Source: Mytilus edulis
Lineage: Eukaryota
Reading direction: 5' to 3'
NCBI RefSeq assembly: GCF_963676685.1
Contig: NC_092355.1
Span: forward strand, 43,772,001 to 43,836,000
DNA: 64,000 nucleotides
Shown: in pieces, positions 1 through 13,500 of the stretch
Layout of the letters: the number at the start of each line of letters is the position of its first letter
Numbering within the stretch: position 1 is the first letter of the stretch
Notes under the pieces: model-generated
The model's database searches: none
The model's input: the letters and a program-made list of their open reading frames with translations, nothing else
What the model was told of the DNA's origin: nothing
Program-made: the position numbers and the translations under genes

Positions 1-261
1 TTGGGAAAAACATTATAAAAGTACCAAATGTAAGTTAATTGTTAATTGTGAGATCGTCATAAATTTAACTGAAATAATTGATATTGCACGTAATAAAATA
101 ACTGCAAGTTATTCTCGCAGTAATGATTGTGGTGTCATTTTAATAAAAGGTGCGTCAGTTGTTTGTTTGTTTTTCGGGGGATGTTTTTTGGGCGTTTTAT
201 ATTCAAACCTCAAGTTAGAATGCAGTGACAGAACAGTGTGCACATGGATTCAAATATTTAC

Positions 262-3200
262 CAAGCTTGTGTGTCCAGACTGAGTTTTCATTTGTTTTAT
301 AATTCCCAGTCCAGTATGTTGATCCAGAAGAACTATAAATAGAATCTCTTGATTGATTACAATTCAATCCAGCATCACGTATTTCTTCAATAGTCGCCAG
401 TCTGCCACTTTCATTTTTGTTACAAAATTTCTGTGCGTCCAACCATGTATCTTGATGACAGTAATAATGTACAGAATTAACTGAAAAACAAATAAAACAT
501 ATTAAGGAATGATTGGACAAATAAGTGGGTTTTTTTTATGTATACCATGTAATATGTATCAATATTCATTAGTATTGTTAAACATTTAGACCCACATCGG
601 TTGTCTTTTGCTAGCTGGCTCTCCTTGATTTAAATTTAGGGAGGTCTGAGTCAAAGACTTGGTACTTGATGCTTCTCGCTTTATCATATGATATTTTCTG
701 AGTAAAAATAAACACTTGTTGAAACCTATGATGACTTTCCTGGTACAACGTGACATGTCTCCCTATTAACTTATTTTTTTAGTTCACATGTCAACATTCT
801 GCTCTATTTCATAGTCTCGTTCAATGTAGGGTTCATTAAGTTGTATGTCCTGAATATTTATGAAAATCTTTGCTGATTTTAAAGTGAATACAACTTATTG
901 CAGTTGTTTATTGTTAAACTTCACTTGAATTGAGAAAAACATATGGAGAAGATTCGCGAGATATCCACACACCAAATAAAAAAGGATAACAAACGGCGGC
1001 CAAAACTGAATACTTGTTAAAGGCGTACATGCCATATACAATTAGTATCAATTCTAAACTATCGTCAAAATCGTTTGTATAATATGTCATATAACTGTGA
1101 GAAAAGAAACAATTATATCATAGAACCGTTCTACGGTAAAGCTATTAGAATCTTTTCTGTAGATTAAATCTGACAGCGTTCTTCCATAGCAAAATTGTCA
1201 GGGTCCGTTTCAAAGTGTTAGTCGAACTTTTCTGACGGAGATCTTCTAGCATAATTTAAAAGCGATAAGAAGAGATATCTACTGTTTTTTCTTTAACACA
1301 AAAACCAGCAACTGGCATAATGTAGTGGGTTCATTTAAATCTGACATCATTTTGAAAAAATGTAAACAAGGTCGATTAGAAATCTAAGATGAAGCAACAA
1401 CATTACAGGGCAAGATAGACAGCATCAACCACTGTCAATATACCAGGTTAAGTACAGGAACAAATGTATTAAATCACGTAGCTTTTGTTTAAAAAAACAG
1501 AATTGCATATGCAATTCTTAAATGTTCGGCAATTTGCAAAAAACTGCAATACAAATTAAAATAAGAATACATTCAAATGCAATTAATTGTTATGTTCAAA
1601 TTGAGAAATGTATTCTATTAATGTATATTTGTATCACTTTCATCTAGAACTACGTTTTTCTTATTTCAAATTTAATAAATCAAGTTATAATTATAGACGT
1701 CACTGTGCAATGTATTTATTAAACATTTAAAATACGCATAAAAAAACTAAAAATCTTTATAAACGAGAAAAGAAATAGTCAAGTATATTAGTAAAATCAC
1801 ACAAAAAAACTGAACTCCGATGAAAATTCAAAACGGAAAGTCCCAAATCAAATTGCAAAATCAAAGGATAGAACACATTAAACGAATGGACAACAAATGT
1901 CATATTCCTGACTTGGTACAGGCATTTTAAAATGTAGACAAAGGTGGATTGAACCTGGTTTTGTACCGCTAAACTTCTCACTTTTATGACAGTCGCATTA
2001 AATTCAGTTATTTTAAAAACGATGCTTGAACAAAACAGATATAATCGGTAAAATAGTCAAAATATGGTTACAATAGTCAAGGATTTGTAGTAAAAATACA
2101 AATCCTTGCAATAGTCAAAATATGGTTACAATAGTCATCACTGTGTTACAATCCCAAGACAAATAAACATATACAAAAAACACAAAAAGCATCTATCAAA
2201 TTAAACAACGCATTTCTTCTTTCGCGTGTGGGGCGTTAGAAAATGCAAACGTCACAAAAAAGAAATTTTGTCGTTCAATGTCTATTCAAAACAATTATAA
2301 TTTCACACGGACAATGATGGTATGCACGGTTATAAAATCAAAAGTTATGTTAGAAATAATTACAGAAACAGACAGGGATTAAAAATTATCCAGCAGTTCT
2401 TTAGAACTTTTAAGAATCCATATAAATACTACTACGCGAATAGAATAAATTTGGCGATTGTCGTTCAAAGTATTATGAAATTTATAATAGAACAATATCA
2501 TAATGACATATAATAGAACAATAACATAATGCCGGGATCTTTGAAAGTACAGAGTCACGTTATAAGAAACAATAAACCACAAAAAGTCGCATATACAAAA
2601 CACACCAGCAAAAATGAAAGATACTACATACACATTGACGGGATGTATAAGTACCGAGCCACGTCAAATGGATGTCAAACAAAACAGTTCAAACAGTAAA
2701 AGTAAAATTAATAATTGAACAAAGACAAATAAAAGAACAATATAACACGTAGATAAGATTATAAACATTATAAATGAAATATGATAAGTAGAAAGTTATC
2801 GAGAAGGAGTAAAATATACCCAGAGGTACATACATGCATGTGACATAGCATAAGAAACAATACAGATAAAAAAAAGATGAAAACATAAAGACGTATAAAA
2901 ACAGTTAAGACCAAAACAAAGTTGGGTAATACGAACTCCAATCAAAACTAGAAGTGATCCGTAGTGCTCTGAAAGGATAAGCAGATCTTATTTCGTGTCA
3001 ATCATATTCACTTGTAGTGAACCATAGTAATGATGGGCTGATTGGCATGACTGTCGACATGACCTTTCTTGACTTCCAGTGACAAATAATCCATGGGTAC
3101 TCTGGAAGAGATCATCTTAATAAATCCAAGAGGTAAGTTCTCCAAAGTGGACCAGTTGAAGGATGTGAAGGTTAGGAAACTACTGTAATAAGGCAGAACG

Positions 3201-3699
3201 TTGGATAGGAAAGCAGTTTGAGTTGCAATAGACAATATCCAGGCAAGATGTTGCAAACAGTTATTAACGTGCAGAGAGCTGGACACTTTCCCAAGACGAT
3301 GGATAGTATTTAAAATCCCCCTTCCAACCGATTTTCTTGAGTATTGTTATTAAAATATCAAGCGCTCAGTAGATCAGACGCTTCTACTCAGCATGGATTT
3401 TGTTGCCGCCGTTACCCCATTCCATCCTTTATTTCAATCTCGTTGTGTATCCATTTCTTTTAAAGAGCGTGAATACTAAACAGATATTTCATTGTAGTCA
3501 AGTATATAACAGGTCGAATTTTAACTTTTTTCATTGTATATTATTATTGTAACTTTGTCAAAACATGTGTATATGCCTTATCAATAAAGTGTATGCATGT
3601 TTGCAGTTTTATTTACTTACCGCTTATTTTCTGCTTAACAAAAAGAGAGATGAGAAACAAATTTAAAACCGAAACCAATCTCACAATGTACATCTTCAT
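262..3699 (-). CDS. 5' part of C-type-lectin-like receptor paralog 2 (exons 3699-3621 and 480-262; continues beyond window start)
   Basis: Exon 3699-3621 encodes signal-like MKMYIVRLVSVLNLFLISLFVKQKIS followed by G|gtaagt. Exon 480-262 has a tttttcag acceptor and a G|gtaaat donor (phase 1-1) and encodes TWLDAQKFC..GRLATI..YWTG, paralogous to exon 29298-29107. Confidence 0.8.
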
Positions 3700-4815
3700 C
3701 GAGTATAATCTTCCCATTTACGAAAGTTAAGATTGTGTCCTATAAGTTCTTTACATAGTAAAAATATATCGGTATCAGTTTTATCTGCATATGGCGAGGG
3801 GTCATGTCAGAGTGGAAATACGAAACTAACGTAGTTATCTATAGCTTTGCAAATGTTTAGATACGTGTTCTTTTATTTAGTATTTTCCAATTATAATTGA
3901 CTTGTTTCCCTTAGTTCAGGTTTGTTGCCCGAATTTGTTTTCGATCTATGACTTTTGAACAGCGGTAAAATACTGTAACCTTTATTTACAATGCATTTAT
4001 GTTATATATATATTATATATATAGCTTACATACATCATAGACAATTTCCGGTTAGAAACGAAAAGTTTAGATATGGAGTAATGATTGGTCCTTTTTAAAC
4101 TACCACCTTATTTAGAAAAAAAAATAAAAAAATATTTAAAACGAACCACAATACCACAACTTCATTCAAGACAAAGGCATTTCTACCTCAGGAATATTTC
4201 CCAAGCCGCAACGTGTGTGTTTTTATTATATGTTTTTTCTGCTCTGAATCCATCTGATTAGTTAAACCCTTGTTAAATGATTTTTATAATTTTTTCTTAT
4301 ATTGTACTATTTTATCTAAGTCTAAAGTTAGAGGAAGGGTATTGTACCAGAATGCTCGTTTAGTCCAGCCACAATCTGTATATGCCTGCCCCAAGTCAGG
4401 ACCCTGTAACTCACTGGTTGTCGTTTATTACTGTATATTATGATTTCGTTCGTTCATTGTTTGTACATAAACCAGGCCATTACATTTTGAATCATTTTAA
4501 AGCTTACTAATACTATGCGGTATGGATTTCACTCATTGTTGAAGGTCGTACGCTAATCAATAGTTGTTAACTTCTATGTCATTTGGTATCTGTTGTAGAG
4601 TTGTTTCATTGGCAATTAGACCACATCTTCTAATTTTCTATACAGCCAGCAGATAAACAATTTGAGGGTAAGATTAGAAGTCTATGCATATTTATTTGTA
4701 TTTCAACCTTATTTCAGACAAATTTCCTACAGGCTACTTTTTATTGCTATACATTCTGAGTGCGTAATGATATCAGTGTGATAGTGTATTTTCTTAACAG
4801 CACTTCTGTTTTTGT

Positions 4816-5997
4816 TATTGGGTCTTTCCACTTTCCCGTGGAAAGACCTATTAGTTTTCTTCTGATTATTTTTCTTTTTTTTCCGCCTAATTTTTTTCCT
4901 TCGCTGTTTTTTGTTTTGTTTCACAAGATGTCGCTTAGATATTTGGAATATGATATCGAACAGTTTATACGCTTTTGAAACTGACCCTGCTTAACCAAGT
5001 ACTTTCCCATATAAGAGTTATCTCCCCGAACACTTTTTTTCTTGTGATCCCTAAGGCTTCGCAACCATATAAGAAACCGACAAATTTATTTTTCCAAATT
5101 GCTCGTTATATCCTCAGAATGTTATTTTTTATTTTGACCGAAGCCGTATGTAGATTCCATATGAGAGTTATTCCCCCTTTTGTATTTGATATAAGTGATA
5201 TGCATTTCTATCTTGAAAACCATAAGTAATAAAGGCCTAGAGTCTTTTGATTTGAGATCCTTGGTCCAAAAAAATGAAAATAAGGTCAAGGTCAAAGGTC
5301 AAGGTCATATTATAAATTTTGATTTTGGCTCAATTTCACTTATTTTCAAAAACCGTATAACATATTGACAAATTATTTTTACTAATTTGTTAGTTGTGAC
5401 ATCTTGTAACACTTAAATTTTAGTCGAAAGGGTACGAAGACATTTGGTGCCAGTTTTCCCCCTTTTACATCTAATATTAGTTGTATGGTAATGTAACTCA
5501 TCAACTATATCGAGTAGAGGCCTAGAGTGTTTTGTTTTGAGATCCATGGTTGATGACCTTGAAATTGAGCTCAAGGTCATATGTAAATTTAACGTTCTAG
5601 ATTTTGACCATTGCTTTTACCTCAAATGTATATATGATAAAGATATTGGACTTTTTAAATTAGGTTGCAAGCAATATGACCTTTACAAAAGCAAACCGGA
5701 AGTGACTATTCTTTTTACTAAATTAATGTAAAAGTATATAGAACCATATATTTTTGGAATCAATGTCAAGTAAACTATCAAACTAAACCTGAAGTAACAT
5801 CTTTTAAACCGGAAGTAAAAAAATATCTCCCTTAATTATACATTTTAGTATAGAAACCATACATCTTTTGAATCTGCTTTCAATAAGCTGTGATTGGACG
5901 CTGTCATTACATTTAAACCAAATTTTAATATTTTCATTTCAAAATAGATCCATACTGATGGAAAGACCTTCAATTGTTCTCTGAACAATTGGTTTTT
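4816..5997 (+). mobile_element. Helentron-associated non-autonomous element (HINE-like), copy A
   Basis: 5' GGTCTTTCC..GGAAAGACC inverted motif, internal TGACCTT/AAGGTCA repeats, 3' GGAAAGACC followed by hairpin CAATTGTTCTCTGAACAATTG and a T-run. An inverted copy lies at 18876-19812. Confidence 0.65.
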
Positions 5998-7339
5998 ATT
6001 TAGTTATTGTTTAAATTACTAGTATTTATAATAAAACAAAAATGGTAGCGTGTTTTTGTGAATATATGATTTATTTTGGCGTCATTACTTTAACATATAA
6101 CATGTATAAGAAATTCATTTGCAAGTTGTTGCAGGGGCAGTACATTTCTAGCATTTGATATTCATGAAATATTTGAAACCTAAAATGCTTGTTTACTATT
6201 TACGTAACCACCAACATTTTAAAATCAAATGTGGATAAAATAGTTTTGAAATTACCCCTTTTACACATTAGTTTCTTTAAAGGATCGATTATTGGATTTC
6301 AAAAATTGTAGTGTCACATTTAAATCATAAGATATGTTATCAAGGACAAAAATTTGAATCTGATCAAATAAACGTTACATGGTTTCTTAAAAATGTTAGT
6401 TTTAAACATTTTTGATAAAAATAATATTTTCATAATGATTGCAACGTGCAATGTAACAGATACCTCTATCAATTACTGAAACAAATTCAAATTTTTTTTC
6501 ACATTTATATCTTATATTTTCTATATCTTAACTTTTCCACGGTCTCTTTTTTAGATAGTGTATGCTTTTGCGACTTACTCTGATTAATGTAACATATTGT
6601 GGCTTGTTCTTCAAAAAAGTCTTGTATAGGCTTAAACTGTTCAATATAAATTAAGGGTGGTGTAAAATACTTCCGTGCTACCTTATCAAATAATTAAGCA
6701 ATATAACAACACATGTCTCTATTATCGTTTTAAACCTGAAAAGTATTAAAATCCTCAGCTTACAATTTAAATTTATTTTAAATTCTTTGCTTTGTCAACC
6801 GGTTTTACTGTTAATGTATACAGAGTATATTTTGTTTGAAATTTTCCTTTGAAAATGTATAGTATTTTGTACATGTTGTATGAGTAGTTTGCTTTTCTTT
6901 TATCGGTAAATATTGGTGAAATTCTAGATGCTTTTCTGCGAGTAAAGCTTAAATTCGATGTGATATAAATGATATAAAAAATGGAATTGCCAAAATTTTC
7001 TTTATTTGTTGTTACTTCTATTGGGTATGAACATGAGTAGCAAATTTCCTTCTTCATGATCCTCTTGCACTTTTGATTTTCAAAACTTTGAATGCTCATT
7101 GAGTTTATTTTTGTTGATACCATTATCTGGCTAAAATTTCTCTCAATAACGTTATAATATTTTTCAAAAGTACCAGGCTTATAATTTAATACACCTGACG
7201 CGCGTTATAAACTCGTGTTTATATAGAAACCGGATTCAAAAAATTAGGGACACAGCTGAAAATATTGATTAAGTTTTTGCAAGAAATGAAAAACAAGATT
7301 TTTATGTGCATGTTTTGTATTTTTAAATGTTGGATAATA

Positions 7340-8520
7340 ACAAAAAAAAGACAACCAGAGACTCTTTGGATTCCACACCAAATGTATGAGGAAAATATGT
7401 TAGATATATTGGCCAGCAAAGATATCTAATTAAGAGCTGTACAAAAGAACAGGACAAAAAGATTTATTGACCAACATAAAACAACGGAGATTCATATGGC
7501 TAAGACACACCTTTAGGAAAAGACCAGGATACCATCACAAAATAGCTCTGAAATGGACACCATCTGAAGGTAAAAGGTACAGAGGGAGACCAAAAGAAAC
7601 ATTGGTAACAAACAAATATTTTCTATGCTGTGATGTTATCCTTTTGTTTCAGAAAAAGGGAGAAGGTTTTGTACCATTAAAACGTGTAATCCCGCTGCAA
7701 ATGTTTGCACCTGTCCAAAGTCAGGAATTTGGTGTACATAAGTTGTCGTTTGTTTATGTAATTTATACGAGTTTCTCGGTTTTTTTTTTATAGATTATAC
7801 CGTTGGTTTTCGCGTTTGAACATTGAACGACAAAATATGTGACGTATATAATTTTATGACGTCAGACACGCGAATCAATGAATGTGTTGTAGATAGATAT
7901 TTTTGTGTTCTGTTAAATTGGACCTTTTAAAATTGTTACACAAAGATGACTGTTGTACCCATATTTTGACTATATTATTTATTATGTCTGTTTAGTTCAC
8001 TCATCATTGTAAATATAACGGAATTTGATGAAACTGTCAACAAAGTGAGAGGTTTAGCGCTATAAAACTAGGTTTAATCCACAGTTTTCTACATTTAAAA
8101 ATATAGTAATACGACAGATCTTGTCCATTCGTTTTTTGATATGTTTTGTCATTTGATTTTGCCATGTGATTATGGACTTTCAGATTGGATTTTCCTCAGA
8201 GTTCAGTATTTTTGTGATTTTACTTTTGAATAGTTTTACACTAGTAAGTTTGGAGCCCTTTATAGCTTGTTGTTCGGTGTGAGCCAAGGCTCCGTGTTGA
8301 AGGCAGTACCTTGACCTATAATGGTTTACTTTTATAAATTGTTATTTGGATGGTGAGTTGTCTCATTTGCACTCACATCACATCTTCTTATATCTATTGA
8401 GAAGGACAGTCTAATTTAGAGGCATTTGAAAGACGCGGAGTGAAATGTAGAAGATTGTAAAGGACAGACAACAGTGAAGAGACCTGGTAGCAGCCGCAGC
8501 CGGCATAAAGAGGATTAGTT
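7340..8520 (+). mobile_element. RTE-clade LINE 3' remnant interrupted by younger repeats (about 7600-8395)
   Basis: IKQRRFIWLRHTFRK..KIALKWTPSEGKRYRGRPKET matches the RTE C-terminal W.GH..R...AL.W.P.GKR.RGRPK.T pattern; degenerate continuation near 8400. Confidence 0.7.
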
Positions 8521-10123
8521 AGTTAGGTTTTGTATTTTGTTTCAAGTTATAAAAGTCTTTGCGATAAATTGCCAAATTTTGTATCATTGGATGCTATGTA
8601 TATATCCAAATGTGCATTTAAATCATTATTTGTATATACTTATATGCAAATAAATCATGCTTACAAGGGGTGATATTTACCCAATAATACCAGTCGAAAG
8701 GTACCAATTTCCATAGCCGTTAGTCGAGGGAAATTTGATGAGCTCGAAACCGGTATTTTTTAGCAAATACCCCTTGTAAGCATGATTTAATTGCTGAATT
8801 CTAATGGATGTTCTTTGTATCCATCTTGACATCAGGAAGTTAATTGTAATCGGGTATATATTGAGTTTTTTTTGTATTTGCTGCAGCTGTGCTATTTGCA
8901 CAGTCAAATTACATTGGCATTATAACCATTTCTGATCCTTTTAGATGTACAATCACTGACCGTATATATATCTCTCTGTTTATGTTAACCTTGTTCTCGT
9001 CTGACTTCTACACAGTGAGTCATTTTGCTAATCAGTTTGTTTTTAATTTGGACTTCTTTTGTGATATCTTTAACCTTGGGGAATCGAATACAAATGTTCT
9101 ATGATGTCGATTCATTTGTTTAATTCAGTTGCAAAATACTTGGAATTTGGATACTCATCACCATTGTCAATATTGTCTCCCGTTTATTTGTATTGTAGTC
9201 CTGTTATGTAAAGTTGTCATTTTAATGTTATATTTAACATTGCCATTAAAGCGGGAGGTTTGGCACGCCACAAAACCAGGTTCAACCGACCGTTTTTTAT
9301 TTCCTTAAAATGTCCTGTACTAAGTCAGGAAAATGGCCATTGTTATAATATACTTCGTTTCTGTGTGTGGTACATTGTTGTGTCGTAGTTCTCTTATATT
9401 TAATTTAATCAGGGATGTCAACGAGTCCTCAATTGATACACGATAATGTTTTCAAATAAGAACAAATTCGTGTCGACCCTCAGAAAATGATTAAATACAT
9501 CAATAAGTTCCCTTTATAAATACAACACAGTATGAAAGGTTTCAACAGAAAAAAAAATTGATGATGAACGATTAAATAAATTCATAAAACACATTCAAAG
9601 CTAACAAGTAGTTATTGTTGGCATTTGTTTTTGTCAGTAAAATCCATATGGGGAATCGAGCTTCGTTCTCATCCCTTATTGATTTTACTGGCCCCATGTA
9701 TATCGTATAAGGTCACCAGCACACTATGTAACTATTTTAAAATATTATCAGGCAATAATAATCATATAGTAACTTAATATGAATTTTCCTACCTCCACAT
9801 AACAAATCACAATAACAATTGCGAAATACCAAGAAATTCATTACTGAAAACTTATGAAAAAGTATCGACAAAACAAATAAGCAGTGTCAAACACAGTGAC
9901 ATCAAGTTAAAAGTTGTGTATCAATGTGATATCCGCGTGCTTAAAATAATTACACATACAGATTTTAATTAAGGTGGTTAGTTCAGATCTTGCTAATGAC
10001 AAGAAGACGCACCTTCACTCTTAGTTTCCAAATTCATCAATCAATCAACAAATGCAAGCCGACACTGACACCAATATTTCGTATATACAAAATTGTGTTT
10101 ATTGATAATATTACTTGAAATCT

Positions 10124-10598
10124 TTATATTCTATCATACACGTCTTCATTGTTTTGTCGACTATGTATCATATCAGTTGCTGTATTATAAGTTGGGTCAG
10201 ATTCACTTCGATCAGCTAAACTGCTATCGTACAAATTATTTTCCGTGTTATCTCTTAAAAATTGTGGTGTAATATTCAACATGTCATATTCGCTATCAAT
10301 GGCTTCGTGTGAAGCTATTTCGGAATCTAGAGCTCCTTGCAATGGGGATGTCATATTGTCTGTCATAACAACTGCATACACATCATTCAGGTTTTTTCTA
10401 CCATGTGAATTTACCATTGCAGTCTCCATTATTTTCTCTGCAAAAAATCTACCTGCATGTGCCCAATCTTCTTCGTATTGTATATTGGCTGTTTTATTAT
10501 TTGATGTTTTTTGCCTCTGCGTGTCCTCATCAATTGGAGAATTTTCCTTACTCATTTCATACGGTTCCATAGTTTGCCTCTTGGTTGCAGCTTTTCCT
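10124..10598 (-). CDS. Last exon of receptor: acidic cytoplasmic tail with 7 tyrosines
   Basis: Phase-2 acceptor (AG at 10600-10599) matches the TM exon donor. Motifs YEMS, YEED, YAVV, SEYDML, YDSS, YNTA, YDRI-stop. Confidence 0.85.
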
Positions 10599-13500
10599 CT
10601 TTTAATAGATAAAATGACACTTCATATAAAAGTTTGTTTCGAAACTACCAAAGGACACGCATCAACATTAACAAAAACAAAATATTTGTCATCAACGTAC
10701 TACACAGAAACCTAAGGATAACACAAACACAACCACAAACTGAGACACATAATCTAGATGGTAAGTAGTTCACATTACACTGGTAGTAGCAGTTATTTTG
10801 TTGAACAAAACAAGGAATAAGTCATACCGACGAAGAACAAAGAACGAAATTATTTCTATCCGAGGTCATAAGAACCAGAGATCATTTATTAGTAACAATG
10901 TTGGGACTGATAGAACTTGTGAAACACTTTTCTAAAATGTCCCGTCCTAAAGCTCAAAATGCTTTGCATTGTCTTAATTTAACAATAAGGACAAAAAGTT
11001 ATAAATCATCTCAATCAATTAAAAGGCGTTGGTGATGAACGGCGGCTTAACGTCCAGTGGCAAATTGCTATTCATATTCAGGACATGAATATGTTAATGT
11101 AACATTAGTATTAACTATGCGTTATGCTAGACCGATACAGTGAACAGGGTTTTTTAACGTGCTAGTTCACAAGCTTCCAGTCCACAGAAAGACCTTACGG
11201 ACATATTATGCTGACTCCGAGTCGACAAGTTACTCCTTAAAGCCTTGTGCTTAGCAGCAAATAACAATTTTAACATCTTTATTTGTGGTTTGATCCCTCA
11301 ATCGCCCGAACTTGAGACCAACACGCTACAACGAGAACATACTCAAATGACAAACACATTCGTTTCAAAAAAGAAACCACAAAACAAAATAGATTCTAAA
11401 AAAATCAACGTCTACCATCGGAACTATCACTTTTGCCAACAACATCGAATGGTTTATTCTTAATTCGATGGTGGCATGTGTTGACAGAAATACATTTGTG
11501 ACAAGCTATTTAACTTATCCCAACAAAATGACGCTTTTTAAACTGGAGATATGTAAAGCATACGAAAAGCATTTTTGACAAAAACATCAATAAAACAAAT
11601 AAATTAAAAAATTAAATTAACATGTATTATTATATTTACTTCAAAACTAAAAAGCGAACACATACCTTAATTTTATGATTACAACTAGAACAACTACACC
11701 AATAATTGATAAGGCGCCAATCACTCCTCCGACAATTAAACCTTAAAAGAAAAAAGTACATAAGGTACATGGTCATAAAAATGGCCTGAGTAATTTTATG
11801 AATATATTTCACAATTGTACATAAAGATCCTATTTTTGTAAATATAGCTTTCTCATTAGACATGAGGTAGAGTACATGATTACGTGTAATTTATTATCAC
11901 ATGACGATTATTAACGAAAATATTGCTATAGTGTTCTGTCATCTTCCATTTTCTAAAATTGATGTTGCAAATAAAGTATAGTCAAATCCGTTGCCAGCAA
12001 CAGTGACTTTAGTGTTGGTAAGTTGTCGGTCTGTAGAACTTAGCGTGAGACAAAAATCACTAAATTTTTTTCAAAACCATATAATTAGATCATCTGTTTC
12101 TGTTCAAATTTTAAATAACGGTAAATTATTTTGGAATCTATGCGTAAGTTATGTTAAAGTATCGGAAACAAAGTTAATATAATGAAAGAATGTTGAACAT
12201 TCCTATCATAAAATAATATTGTGAATTCGAATGCAGCTAAGAATGAAACAATTCAGTGATAAAAGACAATAGTTTTATATGTACATTGCATTGCGTGTTG
12301 GGTCTATTCACAGATATCACAATAACTTCAACAGTATAACACTTTTCCATTAAAATATGTTTACTTGAAATGAATGCTCGTACATATCCAGCTACAAACA
12401 CAGTACACATTTCAGAACCATTACTTTTCAAATTGAAAGTAGTTTTTTCTTGTTCAACTATTTTTACAAAAAGAAAACGTTATATAAATAAGGCCGTTAG
12501 TTATTCTCGTTTGAATTGTTTTACATTGTCATTTCGAGGCCTTTTATAGCTGACTATGGGGTATGGGCTGTGCTCATTGTTGAAGCCCATACAGTGACCT
12601 ATAGTTGTTAATTTCTGTGTTATTTTGGTCTCTTGTGGAGAGTTGTCTCGTATGTAATTCTCCTTATAAAATGTTTGATTTGGACCTCAAAAGTTTTCTA
12701 TTCGAGTGTCAAATAAAATTCTTGTAAACGAAACACAAATTATTATTTAAAAAAAGCAGTGTTATGATTGTCAATAAGACAACTGTCATACTAATGACTG
12801 CATTTAAGCAATTTAGATTCACTGGCCCATATATATAAACATGTGAATCAATTTGAAGTAAAAACTAACCTCGTCATTTAAGAAAAAACGTTAAACAAAA
12901 AAGCTCTTTACAGAACGCATCGGCGTTAAACATGTTCGAAAGTGTTCAACCATACCATATCTCAATCTAAGAAATTAGATGTTTGCTAGTAAGACAAAGG
13001 AATCATAACCCTTTTCAACTGTGATTCAGATTTTTAATAACGGTTTACAAAATCGTTTAGTAACATGTAAACTTGAAGAACAGATGACCCCAACTTTATC
13101 ATGACAATAGTTAACAAAGACATCATGTTTATAATTTAATACGCTAGACAGCACGTTTCGTCTAAATAAGATTCATCAGTGACAAAACATTTTTCCATCT
13201 ATAATTGAAGTCACAATACTCAGAGGAGTGCCATATTTATTTCATACTTGTTATCAGCATCACTCTGAAGGTGTTTGGAATATTTCCGTCTTAATATGGC
13301 AAATAACCATCAATCAATTAGGAAAATCATGATAACATTCACAAAACTTCCTGAATACTGTGTGAAATGGGTAATCTGAATATGACTCCTTTCACATGTC
13401 TTCTCTTCAAAACGTTTTCATTTCAATGATACATTTTTGACAAACTAACACGTGTTTCGTCATTTTTTTGCGATGATATAATATACTTTCTTTCTTATGA

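Noticed and set aside
3008-3286. 92-aa partly hydrophobic ORF
   Set aside because: No recognisable motif or convincing splice sites; lies in intron 1 of the paralog.
6773-7123. 116-aa Lys-rich ORF
   Set aside because: Low complexity, with no domain or splice support.
10245-10715. 156-aa plus-strand ORF
   Set aside because: Antisense shadow of the receptor's last exon.
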